Origin: an uncultured Rivularia sp.
GTDB lineage: Bacteria > Cyanobacteriota > Cyanobacteriia > Cyanobacteriales > Nostocaceae
Assembly: GCA_963665115.1 (NCBI GenBank)
Contig: OY762007.1
Location: forward strand, 2,784,001-2,848,000
DNA length: 64,000 bases
Direction of reading: 5' to 3'
Shown: one piece after another, positions 33,088-45,411 of the stretch
How the letters are laid out: each line of letters starts with the position of its first letter
Position numbering within the stretch: the stretch's first letter is position 1
Notes under the pieces: model-generated
What the model was told of the DNA's origin: nothing
Seen by the model: only the letters and a program-made list of their open reading frames with translations
Database searches by the model: none
Made by a program: the position numbers and the translations under genes

Positions 33088-34327
33088 TTATTTATCCTCG
33101 GTTTGCGCGTCATCAAGAAAGCCCTCAAATAATTTTAGATCAAATTGTTCTTTAGCAACTGCCTTGCCAATTTGACTTAATTCCTCGATTTGATCGATGC
33201 AATCCATCCCCTCAACCTTTTTTGGATCTATATCATTAGGTAAACCATATTTTTCAAGTTGTTTAAAGCGCCATTCCTCAAATGAGGTTGTAAATCGGCA
33301 ATAGGTAAGAAGTTTTTGATCGAAAAGGACTTTTTCTTGTTTTTCCTTTGGACTATCTTCATCTCCTTTCTTTCTTTGCTCGCTAATCAATTTTAGAAGC
33401 AAATTCTGTTCGACATTAGCATCTTCCATCAAGTCACTAATTGTATACTTTGCCCAATTAAGATTATTGTATGTACTTGCCTTTTGGAAAGGAATTTTTG
33501 AAGTCTTAAATCCAGTTCCTATAGACACTAACAAAATCTTATCGCTACCGGAATCCCAACTCAAACCAAATTCCGGTAAAACTGACATTAGAAACAGTTG
33601 AAACGAAGAATTATTGAATGAACTAACGCCACCATCAATAAATTCATAAGATTTTTCCTTCACTTTAAAACTATGTGGAGGGAAAAACGTAGGTGCGGCA
33701 CTACTAGCACGCACAATATGCCAAAGTGGAATTGTACCCTCTGTTTCAAATTCCAAGTAAGGATTTTTTTTGATTGGGTTATAAGGCTGCCTCTTGGTGT
33801 TGTTTACAAAAAAACAAGGCTTCCCCGTAGTCACATTTTTGGTTACAACCAAAAGATTTGTTTTTAGCTCATCAGACCCCAAGAGTCAATGGCTGCCGCT
33901 GAGTATCAACAAAAACGTTTTGTAACTCTTTTTCCAGGTTTTTCGCCGTGTATTGATTTAGTAGTGCTGCAAGAAGCTTTTCCTTACCAGGTATTCCATT
34001 AAGCAGCCATAAAGGAACCTTATGTAGCGGGTTTTTAGAATCTAGCCCATCCAAAAGCTGCTTCCAACTATGCTGCTCTTTTGTAAAAATTTCTTTACCT
34101 TTCTCTTTATAAATTGAGAGTAGTTCTTCAGCAGACTTCCCAGCCGCTAATCCTGTTGCTAATATTGAACCCGTACTTGTACCGCTGATAAAATCAAAGT
34201 AATCGCTGAGGCGCTGAAATTTAGGATTATGTTGCTTTAGAGTCTGTTCAATTTTCAACAATATTTCGGCAGCAATTATGCCACGAATACCACCACCATC
34301 AATAGAAAGTAACCGTTTTACTGGCAT
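33088..34327 (-). CDS. Patatin-like phospholipase (apparent +1 frameshift at 33877-33880)
   Basis: DGGGIRG, GTSTG, ASSAAPTFF, DGG; removing one base joins PLTLG-SDELKT. Confidence 0.88.
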
Positions 34328-34430
34328 TGATTTCTTAACTCCTACTGGTCGAATGATAATTTTACTCTATACCATTTTTTGCGCTTAAATAATACATCTT
34401 TTCCCTGATAATATTTTTTATTTTGTGTCT

Positions 34431-35663
34431 TCAATTTTTAATTTCAATAACTTTTACTTTCGCTGCACCTTGACTCAACTGAATTAATAATTCTTCTCCG
34501 ATTTCTAATTCCGAAGCATCGCGGGCAATACTTCCATTTTCTTGTCTGACTACTGCATAGCCGCGTTGCAATACTGCTGTGGGATTTAAAGTTATCAATT
34601 TTTGTCGCAATAATTCTAAATGCTGCTTTGATTGTTGCGATTTGGAATTCATTGCCTGCACAAGTTTTTCGCGTTTCCAAGCTAAAGTCTGCATTTCTTG
34701 TTCGACTTTTTTATCTAATTGATATCGCTGCAAACGATTTCGCAATGTTTGTATTTTATTCTGGGCAGTTTTCACCGAATCATTAACTACTTCAGATAAA
34801 ACTGCAATTCTATCGCAATGCTGATTGTACAAATCATTTAATGATGGTACTACTATTTCTGCTGCTGCTGTAGGAGTATGCACGCTTTCATCTGCTGCTA
34901 AATCGGCTAAAGATTCGTCGCGCTGATGTCCGATACCCGTAATTATCGGAATCGAACAATCGGCGATCGCCCTTATTACTCTTTCGTCGTTAAAGCAGGA
35001 TAATTCTTCTACCGCACCTCCTCCACGCCCTAATATCAAGACTTCCGCGCGTCCATCTTTTTCTACTCTTTGAATTGCTTTGGCTATAGAATTCGGCGCT
35101 TGCTCTCCCTGCACCGTCGCGGGTGAAAACAAAACCTGTAATCCGGGATACCGGATTTTAAGTGTTTTCCGAATATCACCCCAAGCCGCAGCAGTTGGTG
35201 AAGTGACAACGGCGATGGTTTGCGGATGAGCGGGAAGCGGCTGTTTTCTTTCTTCGTCAAATAAACCTTCTGCTGTCAAACGGTTTTTTAATTGCTGGAA
35301 ACGTAAAGCCTGCAAACCAACACCGGCGGGTATCGCTTGCCATACGCTTAACTGATATTCTCCCCGCGCCGGATACAGTCGAATGCTGCCTAAAACTATT
35401 ATTTGCTCGCCAACAGTCGGCATTTGAGCAAGTTTTGGTATTTGACTTTTCCAAGTAATACATTTAATAGAAGCATTACCATCCGTATCTTTTAAAGTAA
35501 AAAATAATCCCGCACGATGGTTATTGGCGCTAGAAACTTCACCAGTTACCCAAACTTGTCGCAATACAGAATCTTCTTCTAATAAAAGTTGGATATAGTC
35601 AGTTAAACCAGCAATTGAAAGCGCCGAATCGGGAATTAAAGATTTTTTTTGTTCGGAATTCAT
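34431..35663 (-). CDS. xseA: Exodeoxyribonuclease VII large subunit
   Basis: VWVTGEVS, VTSPTAAA, VQG, RGGG, GIGH, TPTAAAE, LQRGYA. Confidence 0.95.
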   Translation of the reverse strand: MNSEQKKSLIPDSALSIAGLTDYIQLLLEEDSVLRQVWVTGEVSSANNHRAGLFFTLKDTDGNASIKCITWKSQIPKLAQMPTVGEQIIVLGSIRLYPARGEYQLSVWQAIPAGVGLQALRFQQLKNRLTAEGLFDEERKQPLPAHPQTIAVVTSPTAAAWGDIRKTLKIRYPGLQVLFSPATVQGEQAPNSIAKAIQRVEKDGRAEVLILGRGGGAVEELSCFNDERVIRAIADCSIPIITGIGHQRDESLADLAADESVHTPTAAAEIVVPSLNDLYNQHCDRIAVLSEVVNDSVKTAQNKIQTLRNRLQRYQLDKKVEQEMQTLAWKREKLVQAMNSKSQQSKQHLELLRQKLITLNPTAVLQRGYAVVRQENGSIARDASELEIGEELLIQLSQGAAKVKVIEIKN

Positions 35664-37266
35664 TTTTTCAGTTAACAGTGAGCAGTGAGCAGTTAACAGT
35701 TATCAATTATTTGTTGATAAGTCTATAAATTAACGGTTGGGTAGTCGGAATCGAATTTGCGATGTTGTTGGTGATTTATACGGCAAATAATAAATTTATC
35801 TAATTTTCCCCGTGGGTTTAAGCATCCTACGGAAGATTTTATGCTTTTTTGCACGCGACTTGTGTAAAGCCCTGCTTTTTATGGGGATCTTAACGGCTGA
35901 AATGCTTGATTTATTGTTACGGTTGCGTAAATCCTGTTGCAGATAAATTTTTAATTATCTGACGGACAGTTTTTAAAGTAAATTCACTAATAATAATAAA
36001 ATGATTCAATACATTTTATACTTAATACCTTGCGTCGTTATTTGAATATTGCAGGTTTGAGAAAGTACAAATTTTTTTATTCCTTTAATGCGTTTCACAG
36101 TTACTAAAACGCGATATTTATTGCTATTGATAAATCACTTTAATAAAATTTTGGAATTGACTTAAATATATAAATACATGACTTCAATGTAAAAAAATAT
36201 ACATGAATACATATGTTGCTATTTTTTACGTAAGAACATTTCCTGAAAAGGTTGTTGAAAATTTTACTGTCACTTTATTTTTATTTTGTAAAAACAAAAG
36301 CATTATTGAATTACTTTCAAATGAAATTTTTGTTTTGAAATCTTTATAAATTAAGGATTTCAAGGATGTCTTTTACCATAGGAATATTTATGACTTCTTG
36401 CCGAGTAACAGATTGTTCGTCTTTGTTAACGCTTTTGTATCGCTCTATAGCAAAGCCTGCTGCCGTTATCGCATATCAAGAATTAGTTCATTATTTGAGC
36501 GTTGCGCCAACCATTCTATCTCTTCTACTATCCCAAAAGAATCGAAGCGCTCAAAAATAGAATTTAAACAACACTAATTTAATAACACTACAAATAATTT
36601 GTTATCCGATATCTTGACAATATACGTTGGAAGTTATTGGAACACAAAGCGAGGAAAATATGTTTGAGAAAATAAACACACCTAAAGTGGGTGGCTACAC
36701 TGTCAATGGCGATCGCCAAGGGCTAGTTACTGTTAGGGGAATTGATAGTGGCAAAGGAAGTGATAATCTTTATAACTTTATTGAATATCTGAGGTAATCT
36801 ACCGTGATTATAGGTGATGAATAAATCTTAATATGTAGTATTGAGTACTACGCGATGTTGCACATATACTCTAAATATTTAGGGGATGTTAAGAGCTTGA
36901 TGAATTTTGTGTAAGGTGGTTGTGCAATTACTTAAATAATTTTATGTTGATTATATCGGTTTTAATTAAGATAGTAATTGTCAGCATAAACACCGAGGAT
37001 AATTTTCTCAACATCCTTATAAACTAAGTTTTCATTTATATGAAATACTTATCAGTATTTAAAATAATTATTGATAGTAGTATCTTGTCGCTATTAATTA
37101 TTAATCAGTAAATACAACTGCAATTTTTTCTTCTAAATACAAGTACATTTAGGTGAAACATTTAATAAGTGAGGGATAGTGATGTGTCGCACTCTGGTTT
37201 ACCCATCTGTATTGCGATTACAATTGTTAGTGATTGCGTAAAATAAGTTATTAAGCGGATAAAATA

Positions 37267-38374
37267 ATGGCATCTTCTGAATCAAATAATAGCAACAAAA
37301 TTGAAGCAAATGGCATCCATATGGAAATTCTGGAGCCAAACTTTATAGTCCTACCTATTCCTGACAAAATAACGGGTATTAATACTTGTTTACAAATTCA
37401 TGTAACTATTACTAACAATATACTAGAACTTTTTCCCTTCATTTATGACCTTTTAATACCAGAATTATTAGTACCAGGAGGACAAGTACTACATCCACAA
37501 AAACTAATAAATAGGCAAGCTACTCCAAATCAATACAACGGCATGGGAATTCCCCATAAAAAGACTTTGAGTTGCTATTTGATTGCAAAGATTTCTTGGC
37601 ACAACAACTTGCTGAAACTTCAAGCGGCTATCTCAAATTCATCCCAGGTTTCTATAGTTCCTGACTATCTTTGGTCTTTTGAGGCTCTACAACTAGGAAC
37701 ATATCAATTAAGATTTACCTACTTAAGTCCTGAGAGAGAATTCTTATTTTTTGACGCAAAGAACATGGAAGTTAGCCAAGTACAAACCTCCATAACAAAT
37801 CTGCTAGCGACTTCTTGGGTAAACCTTCAACTTATTAAACCTGTAGAATCTAACAAAAATGGAGTGCAAGTGGATGGCATTCGCTTTGAAACTGTAGTGC
37901 CACAAAAAAGATGGAATATCTCATGTTCTGAGCTATCTGATAGCAGTTCTCCTATACAAATTGGGATTAACATCACTAATAACACATCAATCGAGAAGCG
38001 TTTTTGCTCATTTAATACGCTAATGCCAACACTCATGGGAGCAGATGGTTTTATACTAGGGCGCAATCTTGGGGGCGGCAGCACTGGGTGGGGTCAGTCC
38101 TAGCGAATCCGATTTTTACTCGGTCAGCAGCGGAGAAAGCCTAACTTTTTTCGTTAGTGTACACATTGAGAAAGGAAGGGATGGGTTATTTAATCTAATA
38201 GTTAATGGTACGGGCTATGGCTATTGGTTACTTACTGATTTAAAGCGGGGTATTTATCATGTTCGATTGACATACAGAGCGTTGACAAATCTATATGATA
38301 TGGAATTGTTTGGAGATTTCTGGAGAGGTGCGGTACATACACCCTTTGTAGAATTTTGTTCAATTAAACCTTGA
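37267..38374 (+). CDS. Hypothetical protein with two tandem beta-rich domains (apparent +1 frameshift near 38090-38093)
   Basis: NGIHMEILEP...ITNN...LGTYQLRFTY repeated as DGIRFETVVP...ITNN...RGIYHVRLTY across the two ORFs. Confidence 0.7.
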
Positions 38375-38461
38375 AGTGGATTGCATTTACAAATGCCATC
38401 CATCTCTAAATCTGTCATAAAGACGTTTTTTGCTGCTTGAATCTTAAGGAAATTATATCAA

Positions 38462-40102
38462 ATGTCATCACAAAAATACTTTTTCAGTTTACTAACAACA
38501 ACTCTGCTATTTACGCTTACAGGTCAGTCTAGTTTGGCGTTCACTATTACACCAGATCAAACACAACGAATAAAAGACAGCGACGGAACTTATAAGTACG
38601 AGGATTATTATGAATTACGTCAGGGCGTTACTAGATTAGATGCGTGGCCAGATTTGAATCCGGACACACCGTTTCCACCAGATCCACGCCGGAACCTTAA
38701 TCAAGGGCAAGTGGTTGAGATAAGACCAGGTGGAACGGATGCTTTGCTAGGTTTGCTAGATCAAAGATTTGGAAATTTCTGGGAGTTTGTGCCGAAAGGC
38801 GATTTGGCAGGTAGTTTTAATGTCGAGAACTATTTTGCCTGCGGTTCGGACTTTCGTTGCGAGAATGATGGAAGGGGAGTATCTAACGCAGTTGGAGCTT
38901 TTCTGAAATTAAATTATATTCCTGGAGAAGGCGATCCTACTGGTAATACAGTCCACTGGATTCAGCGGGTACAAAGTAATTATGATATTAACGAAAATTA
39001 CGAAGTCATAGATGATCAAGTTCCTAAAGACAGACTCGATATTCGTCCAGGCGCTACAAGTCCATACTTTGATGAGTCCTATCCCGGTTCTGGAACGAAC
39101 TCAACTAGATTCATTGATCTACCACATCTCCAAGCTCCCTTTAATAGGACAAACCATTACTTTTATGCTGAAAACTATTTAGTTAACGAGGTTCCAGGCG
39201 GGACTACAGATCCACAAACAGGGGTAGTTAAAAGGAAGGTTGAAATTTACAATGGGGTGAGATGGGGTTGGGAGAACACTTTTACACCTCGCGGATACTA
39301 CACAGACATAATTGGTGGTGGAATTGGAGGGTCTCCAAGTGGATATTATCCTAATGATGATGGGACTTTTGGTTCTTACCCTTTGGGCTTTTCATTGCCC
39401 TTTTTTGGCAACACATATGACAGTTTCTACATAAATAACAACGGCAATATTTCTTTTGGTAGCCCGATTAGTGCATACACCCCAGACTCAGGAGAAACAC
39501 AAGATTCTGCTCCGATGATTGCTCCTTACTGGGCAGATGTAGATACCCGTGGTACCGGAACTATTGCACTGCGGACAGATATTCCCAACCAAGTCATTGT
39601 TACATGGGATAAAGTGGGATATTACAACCAGCACACAGACAAAACAGCCTCCTTCCAGCTAGTCTTACGTGGTCCTAATTACCCTACTCCTCTAGGTGAA
39701 GGAAATGTTGGCTTCTTTTATAAGGATGTCGAATGGGAAACAGGTGATGCAAGTGGTGGTACAGGTGGATTTGGTGGTACTGAGGCAGCAGTCGGCTTTA
39801 GCGATGGATTATCAAGCATAAATTCAGGTGAATTTACTCTCTCAGGCTCGCAACAACCAGGCATCAATCGGATTGTTAACGATTACTCTTCCTGGTTGAA
39901 TTTGCCCACTAGTGATGGTGATGAAGGCGGTTGTACTGGTGGAAGTGGTGGAGGCGGTTGTAGTTCTAACCCTGGCGGCGGTGGCTTAGGGTACTCTTAT
40001 CAAAAATATAAATCTGTCCCCGAATCTACATCGACATTAGGTATGTTGGTACTCTCCGCATGGGGTATAGTGAAAACTCTAAAACTTAGAAAAAACAAAT
40101 AA
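38462..40102 (+). CDS. PEP-CTERM surface protein with NIDO-like domain
   Basis: Signal peptide; GFSLPFFG..Y...YINNNGNISF, IAPYWADVD, FQLVL; C-terminal VPES + TM + KLRKNK. Confidence 0.88.
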   Translation: MSSQKYFFSLLTTTLLFTLTGQSSLAFTITPDQTQRIKDSDGTYKYEDYYELRQGVTRLDAWPDLNPDTPFPPDPRRNLNQGQVVEIRPGGTDALLGLLDQRFGNFWEFVPKGDLAGSFNVENYFACGSDFRCENDGRGVSNAVGAFLKLNYIPGEGDPTGNTVHWIQRVQSNYDINENYEVIDDQVPKDRLDIRPGATSPYFDESYPGSGTNSTRFIDLPHLQAPFNRTNHYFYAENYLVNEVPGGTTDPQTGVVKRKVEIYNGVRWGWENTFTPRGYYTDIIGGGIGGSPSGYYPNDDGTFGSYPLGFSLPFFGNTYDSFYINNNGNISFGSPISAYTPDSGETQDSAPMIAPYWADVDTRGTGTIALRTDIPNQVIVTWDKVGYYNQHTDKTASFQLVLRGPNYPTPLGEGNVGFFYKDVEWETGDASGGTGGFGGTEAAVGFSDGLSSINSGEFTLSGSQQPGINRIVNDYSSWLNLPTSDGDEGGCTGGSGGGGCSSNPGGGGLGYSYQKYKSVPESTSTLGMLVLSAWGIVKTLKLRKNK

Positions 40103-40104
40103 CT

Positions 40105-41430
40105 GTGAAGCACCTGTACGCAGTGCTATTTTCCCTCAGCATCATTCTTATCAACCCAATTGGAAGGATGCGAGGGGAAATTTGGACTCAACCAAAAGTA
40201 TTCGTTATCCTAATAATCTGCATATTCAACGTTCTGATTTTGTGGGAAGAAAGAGACTCTCTAAACATTCCTCAATGCTGGAAGATTAACAGATTACTAT
40301 GGGAAATATTTCTCGGAATCGGACTAATATCAACTATAAATAGTCCTTTTCCGTTTCGTTCCTTATTTGCTCAAGAACAAATGGGTGATGGTTTGCTCTA
40401 CTGGCTGCTAATTGCAATCTTCACCCTCAGCAACAATTTACTATTAAGACTGCACCCAGAATTATTTAGTTCTCAATTACAAGGTTTAATAATTGGCGGG
40501 ATAATTCTTGCTTTAAGTATATTCCCTCAAGCAATTAACTGGCGAATTGACTACACCGCTACATCGGGACAATTATTTCAAAGTCATATTTTAGCCAGCA
40601 CTATCTTCAAAAACCATCAACCAATAGGATTATACTCCCATCGCGGTCATGCATCGTTTGTTTTAGCAGCTTGCTCAATTATTACTTTAATTGGTTGGCA
40701 AAAGAAAATCATAAATCAGCGAAATGCGATTATCGCTTTAACGTTAATTATCCCAGCACTATTATTAACTCAAACTCGTGCGGGAATAATCGCTTTTATA
40801 ATCGGGTTTGTTTATTGGGTTTACCAATCTGGGTTTAAAAACCGTCATCGCAACAAAATTATAGTTTGTGCTTGTTTAGTATCCTTATTATTCGTAGGTG
40901 CGGTTTCCGGTACTCGTCAACTTGCATTTAGCGATCGATCCAACTTTGATAAAACCACAGTATTAATCAAATATATTTCATCCGATAGAGAAATGCTTTG
41001 GGAACGAGCGATACGTGGAATTTCAATGCGTCCTTTGTTTGGATGGGGTATGAATGGTTTTGGTACGGTTTATCCCTACATTCATCATGGTGAACCAGTA
41101 GATAAAGTTCTACGTTTGGGTGACTTTAGTTATGACTACGAAAATAAAAATGGAGAAATAAAAAGAAAACAATTACCAACAGTTAAAGCACATAATTTAA
41201 TTTTGGATACTACTTTATCAGTAGGTCTTTTAGGTTTAATATCTTATTCAACACTTTTCGCATTCTGTTTTTGGCAGCTTATTAAATCGCCTTACCGTGG
41301 CGTTGAAGCAGTATTAATTGTTTATCTCGCTTTTACATTAATTTGGTTTGAATGCGCTCAATTTACTCATATTGCTTGGTGGGTGTTTAGTTTGTCAGCG
41401 CACGAGCGTCAAAGTGAAAAAACTATATGA
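40105..41430 (+). CDS. O-antigen ligase/Wzy_C-family polytopic membrane protein
   Basis: Many TM helices, LLTQTRAG, RPLFGWG, KAHNLILD. Confidence 0.85.
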   Translation: MKHLYAVLFSLSIILINPIGRMRGEIWTQPKVFVILIICIFNVLILWEERDSLNIPQCWKINRLLWEIFLGIGLISTINSPFPFRSLFAQEQMGDGLLYWLLIAIFTLSNNLLLRLHPELFSSQLQGLIIGGIILALSIFPQAINWRIDYTATSGQLFQSHILASTIFKNHQPIGLYSHRGHASFVLAACSIITLIGWQKKIINQRNAIIALTLIIPALLLTQTRAGIIAFIIGFVYWVYQSGFKNRHRNKIIVCACLVSLLFVGAVSGTRQLAFSDRSNFDKTTVLIKYISSDREMLWERAIRGISMRPLFGWGMNGFGTVYPYIHHGEPVDKVLRLGDFSYDYENKNGEIKRKQLPTVKAHNLILDTTLSVGLLGLISYSTLFAFCFWQLIKSPYRGVEAVLIVYLAFTLIWFECAQFTHIAWWVFSLSAHERQSEKTI

Positions 41431-41753
41431 CATCTTCCGAATTAAATAATCATGCCATTAAACTTTATTAACCGAATAAAACTACCATATCAAGTTCGGA
41501 TAATTACTTATAATACACAAAAAGTATTAGCCTTTAACCCTTCTTGTCGGAGGCGAGTACAGCGCTACGACAAAAATATTTTTATTCCCGCAATAGTATT
41601 AATTTTTATTACTTAACGTGATATTATCTTCTGTCCCTGAGAAGCCCACACTTACTCGCAAGATAAGTCAAGGTACTGCTTTCGGTAACTGCGGAACTTA
41701 CTGTATTTATTAAATTTACAGTTATAATTGCCATCTAAATATAATTTATTACC

Positions 41754-42407
41754 TTGACTATGCTGTTTAACTCAGCGAATATGCCCTACTGGATACTTTT
41801 GGGCATGGGAGTTTTATTGTTTCTATTTGTAATTATCTCTGGTGGTGGAGATGATGATATTGATGTTGATACTGATACCGACTTCGATCTAAGCGGGTTG
41901 GCGCTGGGATGGATGGGGATTGGTAAAGCGCCCTTAATTTTGCTGCTGGCAACCGATTTAAGTTTATGGGGCTTGTTTGGCTGGATGTTTAATGTTTGGC
42001 TGGGAGAATTTACCGATCGAGTTCCTAGTGGCGTATGGATTTTTATTGTGTTAATTTTATCGCTGGTTGCCAGTTTATTTACAGGGGGACTGATTGCCCG
42101 ACCAATCGGAAAAATTTTTGCAGAATTTGGTGAAGATACCAGCAGCGACCGCTTAATTGGTCGTCATGGTACCGTTAGCTCTGCAACTATCCCTGTAGAA
42201 AAAAGAGGTCGAATCGGTCAAGTTGATATCATCGATAAGTCTGGAAACTTGGTGACTATTAATGCCACCGTCCCGGAATGGGCAACAGTAATTCCCCGTC
42301 ACGGTGAAAAAGTTATTGCGATCGAGAGACAACAAGATGTTTATTTGGCGATCGCTAAAGACAGTCCAGATATAGATCGCTGGCTCAAAGTTACAAACAA
42401 AAAATAA
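41754..42407 (+). CDS. YqiJ/DUF1449 (NfeD-like) membrane protein
   Basis: TM helices, acidic loop, GIGKAPL, C-terminal OB-like GQV segment; precedes flotillin. Confidence 0.8.
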   Translation: MTMLFNSANMPYWILLGMGVLLFLFVIISGGGDDDIDVDTDTDFDLSGLALGWMGIGKAPLILLLATDLSLWGLFGWMFNVWLGEFTDRVPSGVWIFIVLILSLVASLFTGGLIARPIGKIFAEFGEDTSSDRLIGRHGTVSSATIPVEKRGRIGQVDIIDKSGNLVTINATVPEWATVIPRHGEKVIAIERQQDVYLAIAKDSPDIDRWLKVTNKK

Positions 42408-44454
42408 TTGAAGAATATGCTATTTTGGATAAATTTTATTGCATCATTACCGTTAACTCCGGCACCTTCCGCAGTAGCGCAGTTATCTAATATTAACGAC
42501 AATCTAGTTGCTGAAAAACCAGTAACAATATCTCCTCTTTCTCAATTTTCTACTCAGCCGACTCTTGCTCAAGTGGGTGGAGGCTTAGTTTTCCCTGGAG
42601 TAATTGGAGGTTTAGTTGTACTCTTGCTGCTGAGTATTTTCGCTTATACTCGCATTTATGTAATTACTCCCACTAACGAAGCATTTGTCAGAAACTGGTG
42701 GCGTGTTTGTTAAAAAGAAAACTGTATTTCTTAACGGTGGCTGCGTTGTCATACCTGGATTTCACGAGTTGACGCGGGTACCATTGCGGGAAATTTCCAT
42801 TAACGTTGAGCGTACTGGTAAATTAGCAGTTCGTACTCAAGATTACCTGCGAGCAAATATGCGGGTAACTTTTTATGTGTGCATTAGTGCGAGTGAAGAA
42901 GATGTGCAAATTGCTGCGGCAAGAATTTCCAGACAGGGTAGAATCTCATCGGAAGATATTAAAGAGGCTTTAGAAACCCGTGCTGATGATGCGATTCGAG
43001 CAGCTGCTAAAAAGAAAACTTTAGCAGAAATCGATTCAGATAAATTAGGATTTGCAGAAGAAGTTTTAAATTTAACTCAGCAGGATTTAAAGAAAGTCGG
43101 TTTAACTCTTAACAACATTGCAATTTCAGAAATAGAAGAAAGCGACACTTACGACACCAATAACTTCTTTGATGCTCAAGGTGTACGACTTCGCACCGAA
43201 ACCATTCAACGTTCAATTCAACAAAAGCGCGAAGTGGAATTAACAACCCAAGTCGCAATCGAACAGAAAGAATTAGATGCTCAAAAACTATCCCTGCAAA
43301 TTTCTCAAGAAAAAGAAACAGCCGAATTAGAGCAAAAATTAAAAGTAGAAGCGCTGACAGCACAACGAGAGCGGGAAATTCAAGAAGCTAAAGACAAAGA
43401 AGCTGCTGCAACTTTGCGAAGTAAAATTTTGCAAGATAAATCTGTAGAAGAAGAAGAAATTCGTAAAAAAGTGTCGGTACAGCAAAGTCAAATTGAAGCC
43501 GATATTGCCTTAGAAACCCGTAACAAACAACTGAAAATAGCGCAAACCGAGCAAAAGCAAGAAGCCGAAGTTGCCGAAATTACCCGTCAACAAGCAGTAC
43601 AATCGAATAAATTGCAGGCACAAGTACAAATAGCAGAATCAGAAAAAATTGCGAGATTAGCACAGGAAGATTTAGCTATATCAATTGCGAATAAGAAAAA
43701 AGATACTTTTTTGGCAGAAGCCGAACAAATCCAAGCTCAAGAAGCCGTACAAACTGCTAGTGAAACAGAAAAAGCCGAACGTAACAAAAATCTATCTGCA
43801 ATAGTCGCCGAGCAACAAGCCCAAGAAAGAGACATTCGCGAGCGTAAAGTTATTGAAATAGACTCTTTTCGCCGTCGCAAACAAGCAGAAATTGCTCAAG
43901 AAGCAGCAGAATTAGAAGCAGAATCAATTCGTATTCTTGCACAAGCCGAACGCGATCGATCCCTAGCTGAAGCTGAAGGTATTCAAGCTAAAATTACCGC
44001 CGAAAATAGTATTAGTAACGCCAGTTTGAGTGCTAAAATAATTACCACTATTTGGCCGGAACTGTCGGAGAAACTACCAGAAATAGTAAGTTCCTTAGCA
44101 CCACAACCGGGAGTTATAGGAAATACCAGAATTTACTCATTCCCAGGTGCCAATGGTAACGGTAAAGGCGCTGAAGATATTAACAAATTAATGTTATCTA
44201 CCAGCGGTTTTTCTATGATTAATAGCTTACTAGAAGAAGGTAATTTGGGAAAAATCATATCTCAAATTACTAAATTAGTGCAGAATAAAGATGAAGTGAA
44301 ACGAGATGCACCAGAACCAATAATTCCGGAAGTTGTAAATAATTCACCCAAATCAAATTTTAAAGATGAAGTAAAATTAGATCCAGTAATTCCGGAAGTT
44401 ATAGATAATTCACCTGAATCTAATTTTAGCGATAACGGCTCTCAAATTGGTTAG
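42408..44454 (+). CDS. Flotillin/SPFH (YqiK-like) protein (apparent +1 frameshift at 42692-42694)
   Basis: TM helix then NEAFVR-TGG; SPFH domain; long AEA/E/Q coiled coil. Confidence 0.88.
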
Positions 44455-44664
44455 TTGTTGTTAATAGGGGATTGGGAATTGGGGATTGGAAATAGGTAAA
44501 GCCGTATCTAATTTTTGCATCATTTTTACATCTTGCATCCGTTTCAAAAACCCGGTTTCTTCGATCTTAACGTTTAGTTTATAAATGACCTCTAACTGTT
44601 CCCCATGCCCAATCCCCAATCCCCTCAACTCTGGTAACATGATGGGAAAATTGAGGCAATCGCA

Positions 44665-45408
44665 ATGGTATGGCAGCGTCCGGATGGTAGAAAGGCTGAT
44701 GAACTGCGTCCAGTTATTTTTGTAAAAGATTTTACCCGCTATGCTGCTGGCTCGGTTCTAGCAAAGTGCGGTGAAACTCAAGTACTTTGTACCGTTAGCG
44801 TAAACGAAGGGGTTCCGAGATTTCTGATGGATAGCGGTAAAGGTTGGTTAACTGCCGAGTATCGAATGTTGCCCGGAGCAACCCAACAGCGACACCAAAG
44901 AGAAACATTTAAATTATCAGGGAGAACCCAAGAAATTCAGCGTTTGATCGGACGCAGTTTAAGGGCTGCCATAGATTTCGAGGCATTGGGAGAACGTACA
45001 TTAACAGTAGATGCAGACGTACTGCAAGCCGATGCAGGAACGCGCACCACAGCAATTACAGGTGGATTTGTGGCATTAGCGATCGCCATTTCTAAATTAA
45101 TCGAAGAAGGAGTTTTAGAGCGATCGCCAATAGTCGGACAAATCGCCGCCGTTTCCGTAGGTTTATTAGAAAAAGAAGCATTTTTAGATTTAAACTATCC
45201 CGAAGACGTTGCTGCTGACGTAGACTTCAACGTAGTAATGAATCAACACAGCGACATCATCGAAGTTCAAGGAACAGCAGAAGAAGGAAGCTTCAGCCGC
45301 ACTCAGTTAAATAATTTATTAGATTGTGCCGAAAAAGGAATCACTCAACTACGAGCCGCACAGCGAGAAGCAATTCCGAATTGGGATGAAATTTTTGTAG
45401 GGAAGTAG
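44665..45408 (+). CDS. rph: Ribonuclease PH
   Basis: [45 protein letters not shown]. Confidence 0.97.
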   Translation: MVWQRPDGRKADELRPVIFVKDFTRYAAGSVLAKCGETQVLCTVSVNEGVPRFLMDSGKGWLTAEYRMLPGATQQRHQRETFKLSGRTQEIQRLIGRSLRAAIDFEALGERTLTVDADVLQADAGTRTTAITGGFVALAIAISKLIEEGVLERSPIVGQIAAVSVGLLEKEAFLDLNYPEDVAADVDFNVVMNQHSDIIEVQGTAEEGSFSRTQLNNLLDCAEKGITQLRAAQREAIPNWDEIFVGK

Positions 45409-45411
45409 AGA

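Noticed and set aside
33088..34327. CBASS or other defence system built on the patatin gene
   Set aside because: No CD-NTase or other defence component nearby
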